Shown here piece by piece: positions 37,646 to 48,617 of a stretch of 64,000 bases of DNA (within the stretch, counting starts at the first letter, position 1; each line of letters starts with the position of its first letter). Origin of the DNA: an uncultured Dehalococcoidales bacterium (lineage in GTDB: Bacteria > Chloroflexota > Dehalococcoidia > E44-bin15); NCBI GenBank assembly GCA_964443325.1, contig CAYUCL010000004.1, positions 5,885-69,884 of the forward strand. The letters are read 5' to 3'. The notes beneath the pieces are model-generated. The model had not been told where the DNA came from and did no database searches. It saw only the letters and a list, made by a program, of their open reading frames with translations. Both the position numbers and the translations under genes were made by a program.

Positions 37646-39609
37646 GCTAGAAGACCTGCGCCCTCCAATTTCTTAGCAATCTCGCCAAGATTTAATTTTT
37701 CCAGTTTAGCCTTTGTTTGAAAACCAGTGGCTATATCCCAACCCCGGATTTGGTAATACTCATCTTTCATCTTTTCAAACTGGTCCCGTTCAACAACCAT
37801 CCCCTTTCTGGATAGAACCTCGCCATCCTTGCCAGGAACTATGCAATTCGGGTTGCCATAATCGCCTTTCAACGGGACGGTGAAATTGAACTCCTCTAGA
37901 GAATCATGCTCCCTTCCTTCGTGTCCTTCCCTGGCGAGGATGGCCCGCTGCAGATTCAAGACCCTCTCCCCAATTTCATATAGACCCTCCTCACCCACAT
38001 CCTTTCCCGTTACTGCCGCCAAAACCTGGCTCTCTAGAGAAGGGTCACCGACGTGGTCCGCAGATAGCGTGCTATGAATAATAGGCCAGTAGAAATCACA
38101 CAGAATGAGGCATTCCTTAGCGTACTGGCGGTCCTGAATCTTGGCTGCGGCCAGGGCCTTTCCTTCATATGTGGAGAAGTCTGCTGCTATTTCACTCCCC
38201 CAGAATTGTTTACCTATTGCCCGCATAACCTCAGATGTAACGTAGATATTCTCCATCCCCAAGGTCCCCACAGCCCAAAACATAACCAGCGCACTTATCT
38301 CGTGAAGCTGCTGAATGGGCAATCTTGGCTCCATCGCGTAGAAAAGGCCAGTGGTAATATATAACCTGGGCCCATAGATGGCATTGGAGTCATTTCTAGT
38401 AATATAATCTGTAAGCAACGCCTGGCCCTTGCTGCCGAGGGTTTCGGCAGCTTTATGGGTGCCTTCAGCTAGCACATCCCCAAATCCATCACGGTGAGCT
38501 ACTTTCCACAGAAATGTTTCGATAAATTCCTTGCTCCCCAGCTTAGAGAGAGGAATACCGGTTTGCTCATCAGTTAAGAGCTTTGCCTGGTAGCACCTGG
38601 AGAGCCACATGATCATGGTCTCAACGGCACGGGTATCGACTCCATATTCATCGCAGAGTTTGTTGGCTTCAAAGGGAACCTCGTTTATTTCGCCGTAATA
38701 GCGTTGCGCCCGGGCTTGATAGACCAAGCCAGCCTGACACATGAATTTCCCCGTGATCCCACTCATCGCGGTATAGTTTGCTCGCATACAGCCGCTGATG
38801 CAGCCGTAACATATATCTTTCTTGAGTTTATCTGGATCCACCACTGTGGGTATTATAGCTGAGTATAATTCAGGTCTGTCCTTTGCTTCTCGACGCAGCC
38901 GTTTCCTCAGATTTGTAACTCTCTCCGCATCAGCCACCTCAACCCTTCTTTTGCTTCCTCTAACCGCGATGGCCTTTAAATTCTTGGAGCCCATCACAGC
39001 TCCCAATCCACCCGAGCCAGTGGCATCATTATCGGCTAAAACAGTGGCAAAGGTCACCATATTTTCACCGGCTGGGCCCACAGCCACCACCCGCACTGAT
39101 TTGCCCAACTCGTCCTTGAGTCTCTCACGGCACGAAATAGCGCCTTGGCCAACAAGATGAGTTGCCTCCCTTATTTCTACACGATCATCATTGACCCACA
39201 GGTAGACTGGCTTATCCGCCTTCCCATAAACAACCATGCCATCATAACCAGCGAATTTAAGCTCAGCACCCCAAGAACCGCCCAGGTTGCAATAGGAGAA
39301 TTGGTTGTTAATGGGGGATTTTCCATAAACTTGCCATCGAGAACCAGCGAAACCGGGAACGCCACCAAGGGGACCCGTTATGAAAATGAGTCTATTCTCT
39401 GGATCGAATGCTGTAATACCTGGGGGAACCTCATCCCAATAGATCTTTGCCGCTACCCCCCTTCCCCCGAGAAATAGCTCTTCATAACCAGCGGTGGGTA
39501 CTTTGTTGACATCCCCGGTCGAAAGATTCACGTATAAGATATTTCCGGCATATCCTACAAAATGGGTCATTGCCCCCCTAATTCGCTTGGGCTGCTCGCC
39601 CATGTCCAA
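37642..39609 (-). CDS. Aldehyde:ferredoxin oxidoreductase family (tungstopterin)
   Basis: AOR N-terminal domain and a 655-aa length. Conserved Cys-containing regions are present. Confidence 0.8.
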   Translation of the reverse strand: MDMGEQPKRIRGAMTHFVGYAGNILYVNLSTGDVNKVPTAGYEELFLGGRGVAAKIYWDEVPPGITAFDPENRLIFITGPLGGVPGFAGSRWQVYGKSPINNQFSYCNLGGSWGAELKFAGYDGMVVYGKADKPVYLWVNDDRVEIREATHLVGQGAISCRERLKDELGKSVRVVAVGPAGENMVTFATVLADNDATGSGGLGAVMGSKNLKAIAVRGSKRRVEVADAERVTNLRKRLRREAKDRPELYSAIIPTVVDPDKLKKDICYGCISGCMRANYTAMSGITGKFMCQAGLVYQARAQRYYGEINEVPFEANKLCDEYGVDTRAVETMIMWLSRCYQAKLLTDEQTGIPLSKLGSKEFIETFLWKVAHRDGFGDVLAEGTHKAAETLGSKGQALLTDYITRNDSNAIYGPRLYITTGLFYAMEPRLPIQQLHEISALVMFWAVGTLGMENIYVTSEVMRAIGKQFWGSEIAADFSTYEGKALAAAKIQDRQYAKECLILCDFYWPIIHSTLSADHVGDPSLESQVLAAVTGKDVGEEGLYEIGERVLNLQRAILAREGHEGREHDSLEEFNFTVPLKGDYGNPNCIVPGKDGEVLSRKGMVVERDQFEKMKDEYYQIRGWDIATGFQTKAKLEKLNLGEIAKKLEGAGLLA

Positions 39610-39660
39610 TTAGCCAAGGGACAGTTTATATCCAGTCTGCCCCTTGGCTGAATTACTGGC

Positions 39661-40419
39661 TTACTTCTTTTTATCTGGCAGGAAGGCGCTGAGCAGGTCC
39701 AGCGGCAAGGGGAACACCAGGGTTTGGGTTTTCTCCGTAGCGATCTCAGTGAGAGTCTGTAGATAACGTAGCTGCAGCGTTGTCGGCTCCCTGCCGATGA
39801 CTTCGCCTGCCTGAGCCAGCTTCTCGGAAGCCTGTAGCTCACCCTCGGCGTGGATGATCTTGGCTCTCCTCTCCCTTTCCGCTTCAGCCTGGGCTGCCAT
39901 AGCCCGCTGCATCGTGCTGGGTAGTTCCACGTCCTTGACCTCCACCACACTCACCTTAATCCCCCACGGCTCCGTCTGGTCATCGATAATCTGCTGTAGT
40001 TGCTGATTTATCTTATCACGGTGCGCCAGCAGCTCATCAAGCTCCGATTGACCGAGCACGCTCCTTAAGGTGGTCTGGGCGATCTGATAGGTCGCCAATC
40101 TGTAGTCATAGACCTCAATCACTGCAGCCTCTGGATGCATCACCCTGAAGTAGACCACTGCATTGACCTTGAGGGTGACATTGTCCCTGGTGATGGCCTC
40201 CTGAGAGGGGACATCCATGGTAATGACGCGAGTGTCCACCTTACGCATCTTGTCAAAGAAGGGTATGATGAAACGCAATCCTGGCTTTCTTGTGCTCTCC
40301 AGTCGTCCCAGTCGAAACACCACGCCAGCCTCATACTGATAGATGACCTTTATGGCAGACGTCAGCAGAAAGAGCACTACTATCGCAATTATGACATATA
40401 CTATCCAGTCCATCTTCAT
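39661..40419 (-). CDS. SPFH/band-7 (stomatin-like) protein
   Basis: N-terminal TM helix followed by an SPFH domain. Its start overlaps the end of the upstream nfeD gene by 4 nt. Confidence 0.85.
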   Translation of the reverse strand: MKMDWIVYVIIAIVVLFLLTSAIKVIYQYEAGVVFRLGRLESTRKPGLRFIIPFFDKMRKVDTRVITMDVPSQEAITRDNVTLKVNAVVYFRVMHPEAAVIEVYDYRLATYQIAQTTLRSVLGQSELDELLAHRDKINQQLQQIIDDQTEPWGIKVSVVEVKDVELPSTMQRAMAAQAEAERERRAKIIHAEGELQASEKLAQAGEVIGREPTTLQLRYLQTLTEIATEKTQTLVFPLPLDLLSAFLPDKKK

Positions 40420-41723
40420 TCACCTCCTGTTTTATTTTCCCTGGTTACCACTAGTCTTAGTCCATCGACCTTTGTTATGACCACCTCCTCTCCTGATTCA
40501 ACTTTTCCTTCATCTACTGTTGCCTCCCAGAGTTCCCCGTGCACAAAGACCTCACCTTTTGGGTCAAGGGGTGTTCTAGCCACCGCCACCTTGTCCACCA
40601 TCGCGTCTCGCCCTGTCTGCTGCCGTGTTCGATGAGTGCGCAGGATCGATGCAATGACGAAGATGAAAAAGGCGGTAACAGCGATCACCACCCCGGCTAT
40701 AAGGCCAGGATTTATACGAAACAGTGGATCGGTCATCAAGACCATCGAGCCTATGGTCAAAGAAGCGATACCCCCCAAAGCAAGCAAACCATTGGTTGCA
40801 GTGAACATCTCCGCAATAAACAGACCAAAGGCAAGCAACACCAGTATAATACCAATATAATTAACCGGCAGCATCCCCAGGCCATAGAAGGCGAGCAAGA
40901 GACAGATTGCACCGACAACTCCGGGAAAGATCGTCCCTGGATTGAATAACTCTAACATTATTCCAAGCATGCCCAGGCTCAAAAGGATATAGGCAATATT
41001 GGGGTCAGTGATGGCGAATAGTAAGCGCTCTATAGAGCCCATGCCGATGTAATCGACACTGATACCCTTGGTCTCGAGGGTGACAACCTCCCCACTTAAT
41101 AGTGTTACCTGCCATCCATCAAGCTGAGCCAGCAGGTCGTCCATATTATCGGCCATAATATCGATGACCCCTAGCTCCAGGGCCTCTGAAGCGGGGCTTG
41201 ACTTGCTCTCCCTCACCGCGGCTTCAGCCCAGTCAGCGTTGCGCCCTCTCGTTTCAGCAATGCTTCTAATGTAAGCGACGGCGTCGTTTACCACCTTCTT
41301 CTCCATGGTTTCATCCATCCCGTCCTCGCCAAGGGCAACGGGGTGAGCCGCGCCAATTTCTGTTGCCGGCGCCATCGCCGCCACATGAGCCGCCAAAGTG
41401 ATAAAGGCCCCAGCCGAAGCAGCCCTCGCCCCCGAAGGCATGTAGACCACTACAGGAACATCGGCTCCCATAATATGTTTCACGATATCGCGCATCGAGC
41501 TATCAAGCCCCCCCGGTGTATCCATCTCGATGATACAAGCGGTAGCCCCGTGCTCCTCAGCCAGCTCAATCCCCCGGTCAATATAGCCAGCCAGCACTGG
41601 AGTGATCGCCCCATTAACCCTCAGGACAGCGACTTGGGAGCTCTCGGCGCTCACCCCTCCAGATACCAGGGTAAGAAACAGCCCAAGAAATATAACGAAA
41701 AGCCAAAACTTTCTCATAATCAA
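40416..41723 (-). CDS. NfeD-like membrane-bound ClpP-class serine protease
   Basis: N-terminal ClpP-like domain, membrane helices and a C-terminal OB domain. The stomatin operon partner follows it. Confidence 0.8.
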   Translation of the reverse strand: MIMRKFWLFVIFLGLFLTLVSGGVSAESSQVAVLRVNGAITPVLAGYIDRGIELAEEHGATACIIEMDTPGGLDSSMRDIVKHIMGADVPVVVYMPSGARAASAGAFITLAAHVAAMAPATEIGAAHPVALGEDGMDETMEKKVVNDAVAYIRSIAETRGRNADWAEAAVRESKSSPASEALELGVIDIMADNMDDLLAQLDGWQVTLLSGEVVTLETKGISVDYIGMGSIERLLFAITDPNIAYILLSLGMLGIMLELFNPGTIFPGVVGAICLLLAFYGLGMLPVNYIGIILVLLAFGLFIAEMFTATNGLLALGGIASLTIGSMVLMTDPLFRINPGLIAGVVIAVTAFFIFVIASILRTHRTRQQTGRDAMVDKVAVARTPLDPKGEVFVHGELWEATVDEGKVESGEEVVITKVDGLRLVVTRENKTGGE

Positions 41724-41829
41724 CGCTGCCGAAGTTTATAGGTTTATTATAGTGGCGTCAAGGTCTTTTTACAATTGAGCACCCTTGGAAAGAGCAAGGC
41801 GTCACCAATCATATGAACGCCGCTTAATA

Positions 41830-41960
41830 CGTGATTCCAGATTCAAAAGACTCACCTATCAGGTAGCTCTTCCTGAGGCGTGAAAGTCCTTCTGTGAAGG
41901 ATTCCTTCACGAAAGATGAGAGAGAGGACTCCCTCAGCCCCCAGAAAGACGCCACGGATC
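41830..41960 (+). repeat. Dispersed ~130-bp structured repeat element, copy B
   Basis: See copy A at 33251–33385. Confidence 0.7.
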
Positions 41961-42036
41961 AAAGATGGCTGTGTAGCGTTGAAGGCTTAAGGCAATTGGT
42001 GTAGAATGGCCTCAACTTTGTAAAAAGGCGGCAAGA

Positions 42037-43272
42037 ATGAAGGTATCCAAGTGTAAAGGGATGGTCGATCTGCTTCCTCTTGACATGACCAAGTTTCGGC
42101 ATATAGAGCAGGTGTTTCGAGACTCCTGCCTAAAACGGGGCTATGATGAGATAAGAACACCGACTCTCGAATATCTCCACCTTTTCACTGCAAGTGGGAC
42201 GCTGACCCCAGATATGCTTGGTAGAGTGTATTCCTTCCTCGACTGGGATGGCTGGAGCGGGGAGAGGGTAGTTCTAAGACCTGATGGTACTATACCTGCT
42301 GTCAGGCTTTACCTGGAAAAACTAGAGAGCGATAAGATAACGAAGCTTTTCTATGTAGAAAACACCTTCACCTTTGAGGAAACTGGAAGCGAACGGAGGG
42401 AACGCTGGCAATGTGGCGCTGAACTGATCGGCAGTAGCGAGCCACTAGCTGACGTGGAGCTAATGCTTTTGGCCACAGAGGTTCTGAGAGAGCTTGGCAT
42501 TGGTCCGCTGATGGTGAGGCTGTCCCACGCTGGCTTAATCAAGACGCTCCTGGCGGAGCTCGGGCTGGGGGCAGCCGAGCAGACAGAGATATTCGATCGG
42601 GTCTTGGAGGGAGACATAAAGGCATTGGGTGCAATAAAGACCGATAATGCTGAGCTAGAGAGAGCTCTAGCCCTTTTGCTGGATGTCAAGGGCATCTCGC
42701 CTGAATTTGTGGGGAATGTCCGGGCTCTATTGGGGAAAGCCTTACCCAATTTTGAGCCTAGCCTCAATGACCTTGCCAGTATTACTGAAATGCTCAGTGC
42801 TATGGATTGCCCTTATGAAATCGACATCACCTCTGGGAGAGGCTTCGAGTACTACACCGGCATTATGTTTCAATTCTATTCCTCCACAGAGCGGGTAGGG
42901 GGAGGGGGAAGGTACGACGATTTGATCCCTCTGGTGGGCGGCCCACCTATCCCCGCCTCTGGATTTGCCCTATATGTGGATCGACTAATGGATATGTTGA
43001 AGATGGAGGCAATCTCATATCAAAGAGTTTTAGTCAAGCCCCTGGCCAGTGATATGAGCGTATTGAAGACAAGCTTGGAGACCGCCCGCCTTTTGAGAGA
43101 GGCAGGCTACATTACCGAGCTGGATTTAGGTCAAGAAAAACCATCTGGTTATCGATGGCTTCTTTCTATGCCCAAACATGGCCTATTCCAGTTGGTAGAT
43201 CAGGTTACCGGGAAAAAGAGTAAGGCATCTTCTCAAGCAGAGGTCTTGAAGATAATGGAGGAATCCAATTGA
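42037..43272 (+). CDS. hisZ: ATP phosphoribosyltransferase regulatory subunit (HisRS paralog)
   Basis: Class II aaRS-like fold without an anticodon-binding domain. It sits immediately upstream of hisG and overlaps its start by 4 nt. Confidence 0.8.
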   Translation: MKVSKCKGMVDLLPLDMTKFRHIEQVFRDSCLKRGYDEIRTPTLEYLHLFTASGTLTPDMLGRVYSFLDWDGWSGERVVLRPDGTIPAVRLYLEKLESDKITKLFYVENTFTFEETGSERRERWQCGAELIGSSEPLADVELMLLATEVLRELGIGPLMVRLSHAGLIKTLLAELGLGAAEQTEIFDRVLEGDIKALGAIKTDNAELERALALLLDVKGISPEFVGNVRALLGKALPNFEPSLNDLASITEMLSAMDCPYEIDITSGRGFEYYTGIMFQFYSSTERVGGGGRYDDLIPLVGGPPIPASGFALYVDRLMDMLKMEAISYQRVLVKPLASDMSVLKTSLETARLLREAGYITELDLGQEKPSGYRWLLSMPKHGLFQLVDQVTGKKSKASSQAEVLKIMEESN

Positions 43273-44669
43273 AGCTGGCGTTACCAAAGGGGCGACTTCT
43301 CCAAGACACGGCAGCTTTGCTTGAGAAAGCGGGGCTTGGTCTTACGGGATATAATGAAAGCGCTCGCTCCTATCGCCCCACATCCACCAAATTTAGTGAC
43401 CTATTCCCCAAGGTATTTCAAGAGAAGGATATCCCCATCCAAGTGGCGATTGGAAATTATGATTTGGGGATATGCGGTCTCGACTGGGTGGAGGAACTCC
43501 TGGCCAAATACCCTAGCGGCGACCTGGTGAAGGTGGGAGAGTTGGGCTATGGCAAGAACGATTTGTATGTAGTTGCCAGCAGGTATGCCGGTGTATCCTC
43601 TGTTGGAGAAATCAACAACGGATTTGAAAAGGTGCGAATCGTAAGCGAATATCAGAACCTGGCTGAATTATTTGCTCTCAGGCAGAGGTTAAGGAGGTTC
43701 AGCATTCTCCCCATATGGGGGGCTGCTGAGGTCTATCCACCAGAGAGCGCAGAGCTCGCCATAATTGCCGAAGCCTCGGTGGGCAGCTTTGCAAAGTATG
43801 ATCTTGTCCCCTTAGCCAGAATTCTCATGTCCAAAGCAGTTCTAATCGCCAATCGGAATAGCCTGGCAAAAGCCGCTATGAGCAAGCTTCTTACTTACAT
43901 TCGCACCACCGAGGCAGTGACTGAGGAAGAGTCGCCTATGCCCATTGTTATGGGAGGAAGGTTAAAGAAGCTGCCTAAGGACGATAGCGTGATTCGCCTT
44001 GCTCTGCCCGACGGACACCAACAGCGCCCTACTATGGAGTTCTTAAAAGAAGCAGGAATTGGCATCCGTGGCTATTCTGAGCCATTGAAAACTCGCCGAC
44101 CCGCTATAGACATGAATGGTACGAGTGTAAAGGTGATCAGACCTCAAGATATGCCAAGCCAAGTGGCGAATGAGAACTTTGATCTGGCGGTCACCGGGGA
44201 AGACTGGCTCAAAGACCATCTTTATCGCTTCCCTTCAAGCCCCGCGAAAAAGATTTTAGGCTTGGGCTTTGGCAGGGTAACCATTGTTGCCGTTGTCAGC
44301 GAAGATTTGCCCATTAACGATGTCAATCAACTCAGGAATCAAGTGGGAAGATTGCTTGTAACGGTTAGGGTAGCTTCGGAGTACGTCAACATCGCCGATA
44401 AGTATGCCAGGGATAATCATCTGGAGCGCTATAAGATAATCCCCACCTGGGGAGCAAGTGAGGCTTTTCTCCCCGAAGATGCCGACCTGCTAATCGAAAA
44501 CACTGAGACGGGGAAGACCTTGAGTAAACATAAACTTAGAGTTATCGAAACCCTTTTCAAATCTTCAGCATGCCTCATCGGCAGTAACAGCGCTCTGTCA
44601 GATCCAATAAAAAGAGGCAGGATCGAGCATATTATTAAGATTATGGAAGAAACAGCCAAAAGAGGCTAA
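43269..44669 (+). CDS. hisG: ATP phosphoribosyltransferase, tandem-duplicated fused form (2 × short HisG)
   Basis: Both residues 1–~230 (KLALPKGRLLQDT...) and ~235–466 (IRLALPDGHQQRP...) are HisG-like. Only the second half keeps the PRPP-loop ETGKTL; the first half has SVGSFAKYDL at that position. Confidence 0.8.
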   Translation: MKLALPKGRLLQDTAALLEKAGLGLTGYNESARSYRPTSTKFSDLFPKVFQEKDIPIQVAIGNYDLGICGLDWVEELLAKYPSGDLVKVGELGYGKNDLYVVASRYAGVSSVGEINNGFEKVRIVSEYQNLAELFALRQRLRRFSILPIWGAAEVYPPESAELAIIAEASVGSFAKYDLVPLARILMSKAVLIANRNSLAKAAMSKLLTYIRTTEAVTEEESPMPIVMGGRLKKLPKDDSVIRLALPDGHQQRPTMEFLKEAGIGIRGYSEPLKTRRPAIDMNGTSVKVIRPQDMPSQVANENFDLAVTGEDWLKDHLYRFPSSPAKKILGLGFGRVTIVAVVSEDLPINDVNQLRNQVGRLLVTVRVASEYVNIADKYARDNHLERYKIIPTWGASEAFLPEDADLLIENTETGKTLSKHKLRVIETLFKSSACLIGSNSALSDPIKRGRIEHIIKIMEETAKRG

Positions 44670-44845
44670 GTTGACAAATCCTCACCGGCAGATGACCATA
44701 CCGAAACATGGCTGCGAAGCAGGTTGCAAATAGGCTGTGACAGATACCGTTCGTGGTGAGCTTGTCGAACCATGAATGGCCCTTCGACAGGCTCAGGGCG
44801 AACTGAATAAATATATTTTAAGAATGGAGCATCAAGGTTGAAGAA

Positions 44846-45607
44846 ATGCCACCGCTTTGCCTACATTTGAGTATAATAAAAGAAGCAGCAGAGCTGCTTC
44901 AAAATCCCATATTGAACCAAAACATGGGGGGTTACGCTTTTGGAGCCACCTTGCCTGATGTTCATATCATTACAGGTCTCGATCGAGAAGAGACCCACTT
45001 CTTTGACCTTAGTAAGGAAGACTGTGAGAGCGGCACCAAGACCATTTTTAAGGCTCACCCTAATCTTGCCCAAGTTGAGAAACTGGATGGCGCAACCAAG
45101 TCCGTCGTTGCAGGCTATCTTTCTCATCTCATTACAGACGAAATCTGGATACTGGATATCTATCGGCCTCTCTTTAGCGATTCATCACCTCTTAGGGAAA
45201 ACGCAATGGCTAATATGTTCGATAAGCTGATCCAGTATGAGCTCGACCGTCGGGAGCGAGAAGATAGGGCAGCGATGGAAAAAATCCGAACTTATGTCAT
45301 TGGCTGGGAGCCAGGGGATGACATCGATTTTATCGATAAGCCTGCTTTGATAGAGTGGCGAGATTTCGTGTGCTCTGCAGCAATTCGCGAACCAAACCTG
45401 GCCCTTTTCCCTTTCTTTGCTAAAAGGTTTCTGTTACCCAGGCTAGAGGTGGATCCTACGCAGTTGGAACAATTCTTTTCCTCATTACATGCCAATTTGG
45501 AGTGGATCATCCAATATGTCACCCCTGAGCGACTCACCGCCTTCAGAGAAAAAGCAGTAAGCCAGTCTGTAGTGCTGGCGAGGGAGTATCTAGGTGAGGA
45601 TTATTAG
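44846..45607 (+). CDS. Hypothetical protein inserted in the his operon
   Basis: 253 aa with no confident family assignment. It overlaps the hisD start by 14 nt. Confidence 0.35.
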   Translation: MPPLCLHLSIIKEAAELLQNPILNQNMGGYAFGATLPDVHIITGLDREETHFFDLSKEDCESGTKTIFKAHPNLAQVEKLDGATKSVVAGYLSHLITDEIWILDIYRPLFSDSSPLRENAMANMFDKLIQYELDRREREDRAAMEKIRTYVIGWEPGDDIDFIDKPALIEWRDFVCSAAIREPNLALFPFFAKRFLLPRLEVDPTQLEQFFSSLHANLEWIIQYVTPERLTAFREKAVSQSVVLAREYLGEDY

Positions 45608-46925
45608 GGACTTCGAGGAAGCGAAAGCCATATTGCAGCGTTCTCCCTTCGAGCCCGACGAAATCCCTATTAACATGAAACAAAGGATAAAGAACGTCTT
45701 TAGCAAGGAGCTTACTCCTGAGGAGGCAGTGAGACGGATTATCGCTGATGTGCGAAATAAAGGGGATGCCGCCCTTTTTGATTACACCAAAAGGATCGAT
45801 GGTGCATTGCTTACCTCCCTGGAGGTGAGCACAAAAGAGTTCGAAGAAGCCCATGAAAAGGTTGACAGCGAGCTTATTTCCGCCCTCAATACCGCTGCTG
45901 AGCAGGTGCGCTCCTTTCACCAGCTCCAGATACGCCATGCCGTCAAGGAATTCACCGAGGGTGGGCTGGGGCAAATTGTGCGTCCCCTGGAGAGGGTGGG
46001 CGTCTACGTGCCCGGCGGCACAGCCTGTTATCCTTCAACGGTGCTGATGACCGCTATCCCCGCTAAAGTAGCAGGGGTCAATGAGGTAATCGTCGCCACA
46101 CCACCAACGCAGGATGGCGAGATTCCAGCACCTACGCTGGCGGCAGCGAACATAGCCAAGGTAGACAGGCTGTTCAAGGTGGGAGGCGCTCAAGCGATCG
46201 CCGCCCTTGCCTTCGGCACCCAGTCCATTCCCAAGGTTGACAAAATCTGTGGACCCGGCGGTCTTTTCATCATTCTGGCGAAAAGGATGGTTTTTGGCAC
46301 TGTCGATATCGATGGCCTGGCGGGACCCACCGAGACAGTGATTATAGCTGATGAATTGGCGAGTCCCACTCTTTGCGCCGCCGATCTCCTGGCACAAGCG
46401 GAGCATGACGTGATTTCCTCCGCCATCCTGATAACCACGTCATCCAAGTTGGCTGAAGAGACGAGCCAGGAAGTCGAGCGCCAGCTCAAGGAGCTGGAGA
46501 GGGCCCAAATCGCCCGACAATCGCTGGATGAAACGGGCAGGATAATCCTGGTCACTGATATGGACCAGGCTATCGCGTTGGTGAACCTTTACGCCCCGGA
46601 GCACCTTTCCCTTATGGTGCAAAAAGCCTCGTCTTATATAGAGAAGATCCGCCATGCAGGGGGAATCTTCATCGGCGAAAGCACCCCTGAGACCTTGGGC
46701 GACTATGTTGCTGGGCCAAGTCATGTTATGCCCACGGAAGGCACCGCTCGCTTCCGCTCCCCCCTCGGCGTCGGCGATTTCCTCAAGCTCACTACTGTTG
46801 TATCTTTGAGCGGTGAGGACTTGGAGAAACTGGGGCCCGCAGCCGCCACTATCGCCAATGCTGAGGGGCTCACCGCCCATGCACGCTCAGTTGAGTTACG
46901 GCTCAAGAAAGGGGATACGCAGTGA
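45594..46925 (+). CDS. hisD: Histidinol dehydrogenase
   Basis: The family length is right. Its stop overlaps the start of hisC. Confidence 0.85.
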   Translation: MRIIRDFEEAKAILQRSPFEPDEIPINMKQRIKNVFSKELTPEEAVRRIIADVRNKGDAALFDYTKRIDGALLTSLEVSTKEFEEAHEKVDSELISALNTAAEQVRSFHQLQIRHAVKEFTEGGLGQIVRPLERVGVYVPGGTACYPSTVLMTAIPAKVAGVNEVIVATPPTQDGEIPAPTLAAANIAKVDRLFKVGGAQAIAALAFGTQSIPKVDKICGPGGLFIILAKRMVFGTVDIDGLAGPTETVIIADELASPTLCAADLLAQAEHDVISSAILITTSSKLAEETSQEVERQLKELERAQIARQSLDETGRIILVTDMDQAIALVNLYAPEHLSLMVQKASSYIEKIRHAGGIFIGESTPETLGDYVAGPSHVMPTEGTARFRSPLGVGDFLKLTTVVSLSGEDLEKLGPAAATIANAEGLTAHARSVELRLKKGDTQ

Positions 46926-48034
46926 ACACCCCGAATAGAGGCATCGAGAAGATAATCAGAGGCGACCTGTTGCGCCTCAATGCCTACCAGCCTATTGTCC
47001 CCCTCGATGTACTCAGCCTAGAGGCTGGCGTCCCTGTAGAGGGCGTTATAAAGCTGGATGGCAACGAGAATCCATATGGCTGCTCGCAAAGGGTGAGGGA
47101 CGCCCTCGCTGCTTATCCCTTCTATCATATCTATCCTGACCCGGAGCAGAGAGAGGTACGCCAGGCTTTGGAGGGATACGTTGGGGTCGGGGCAGAGTAT
47201 ATCCTTGCCGGTGCCGGCAGTGATGAGCTTATCGACCTGATACTGCGTCTGTTCCTTAATCCCGGAGATAAGGTGATCAACTGCGTCCCCACCTTCGGCA
47301 TGTACTCTTTTTGCACCGAGGTCTGTGGTGGAGAAATAGTCGATGTGCCGCGGGACAAGTCCTATGCCGTCGACGTCGCTGGAGTGAAACAGGCTATCGA
47401 CGAGAAGACAAAGGTCGTCTTCATCGCCTCGCCAAACAACCCCACAGGAAACATCGCTGCAGAGAGCGATATCCTTGAACTGGTGAAAACGGGTATCGCG
47501 GTCGTGGTCGATGAGGCATATTACGAGTTCAGCGGAGTCACTGTAGCCCCCCTGGTTACTCAGTACCAGAACCTGATAGTATTGCGGAGCTTCAGCAAGT
47601 GGGCAGGGCTTGCCGGTCTACGCATCGGCTATGGAGTATTTCCAACCTCACTTATTGAACACCTCTTGAAAATCAAGCAGCCCTATAATATAAATGTGGC
47701 AGCTCAAATTGCAGTCAAGGAATCTTTTGCCGACATCGATTACCTCAAGGATACAGTGAAGGCGATAGTTGCGGAAAGAGAGCGGCTTCTCACCGAACTG
47801 GAGAACGTCAGGTTTCTCAAGCCATGGCCTTCTCAGGCAAATTTCATTTATTGCGCCGTGCTTGATGGAGATGCCCAGACGATCCACAAAGAGTTGCAGA
47901 AGAAGGGCATCTTCATTCGCTACTTCGACACCCCTCTGTTGAAGAACTCGCTCCGCATCAGCGTGGGCAAGCCGGAGCATACCGATGCCCTTATAGAAGC
48001 GCTTCGAGAAATAGGAGGAAAAGGCAGTGGGTAA
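46922..48034 (+). CDS. hisC: Histidinol-phosphate aminotransferase
   Basis: Class II aminotransferase carrying a PLP lysine motif (SFSKWAGLAGLRIGY). Confidence 0.85.
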   Translation: MNTPNRGIEKIIRGDLLRLNAYQPIVPLDVLSLEAGVPVEGVIKLDGNENPYGCSQRVRDALAAYPFYHIYPDPEQREVRQALEGYVGVGAEYILAGAGSDELIDLILRLFLNPGDKVINCVPTFGMYSFCTEVCGGEIVDVPRDKSYAVDVAGVKQAIDEKTKVVFIASPNNPTGNIAAESDILELVKTGIAVVVDEAYYEFSGVTVAPLVTQYQNLIVLRSFSKWAGLAGLRIGYGVFPTSLIEHLLKIKQPYNINVAAQIAVKESFADIDYLKDTVKAIVAERERLLTELENVRFLKPWPSQANFIYCAVLDGDAQTIHKELQKKGIFIRYFDTPLLKNSLRISVGKPEHTDALIEALREIGGKGSG

Positions 48035-48617
48035 AAGATCGGCTACCATAACCCGCGAGACTACCGAGACCAAGATAAGCATCGAACTCTCCCTCGATGG
48101 CACAGGCAAGTTTGACATTAAAACCGGCAGCAAGATGTTCGACCACCTGCTTACCCAGCTAGCTCGGCATGGCTTATTTGACATAAAGATTCGTGCCTCT
48201 GGATGGGACCAGCACCATGTGGTGGAGGATGTCTCCATATCGCTGGGCAAGGCATTTGGCGAGGCGCTTGGAGACAAAAAGGGCATCGATAGGATGGGCC
48301 ATGCATTTGTGCCCATGGATGAGGCACTAGCACTAGTGGCAGTGGACATCGGGGGTAGGGGATATGCCGTGGTCGAAGTCCCATTCAAGCGAAAGAAGAT
48401 CGGCGACCTGGAAAGCGACATGGTACGCCATTTCCTCGAGAGCTTCGCCATCGAGGCGAAGATGAACATACATGCCTGGGTGCTCGCTGGCATCAATGAG
48501 CATCACAAGGCGGAGGCGATGTTCAAGGCGCTAGGCCGGGCGCTGGATGCAGCTACCAAGCTGGACGAGCGAATCGCCGGGGCAGTGCCCAGCACCAAAG
48601 GATTAATCGAGAGCTAG
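48027..48617 (+). CDS. hisB: Imidazoleglycerol-phosphate dehydratase
   Basis: Two histidine-rich repeats (HHVVEDV, NIHAW...HHKAEA). 196 aa. Confidence 0.85.
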   Translation: MGKRSATITRETTETKISIELSLDGTGKFDIKTGSKMFDHLLTQLARHGLFDIKIRASGWDQHHVVEDVSISLGKAFGEALGDKKGIDRMGHAFVPMDEALALVAVDIGGRGYAVVEVPFKRKKIGDLESDMVRHFLESFAIEAKMNIHAWVLAGINEHHKAEAMFKALGRALDAATKLDERIAGAVPSTKGLIES

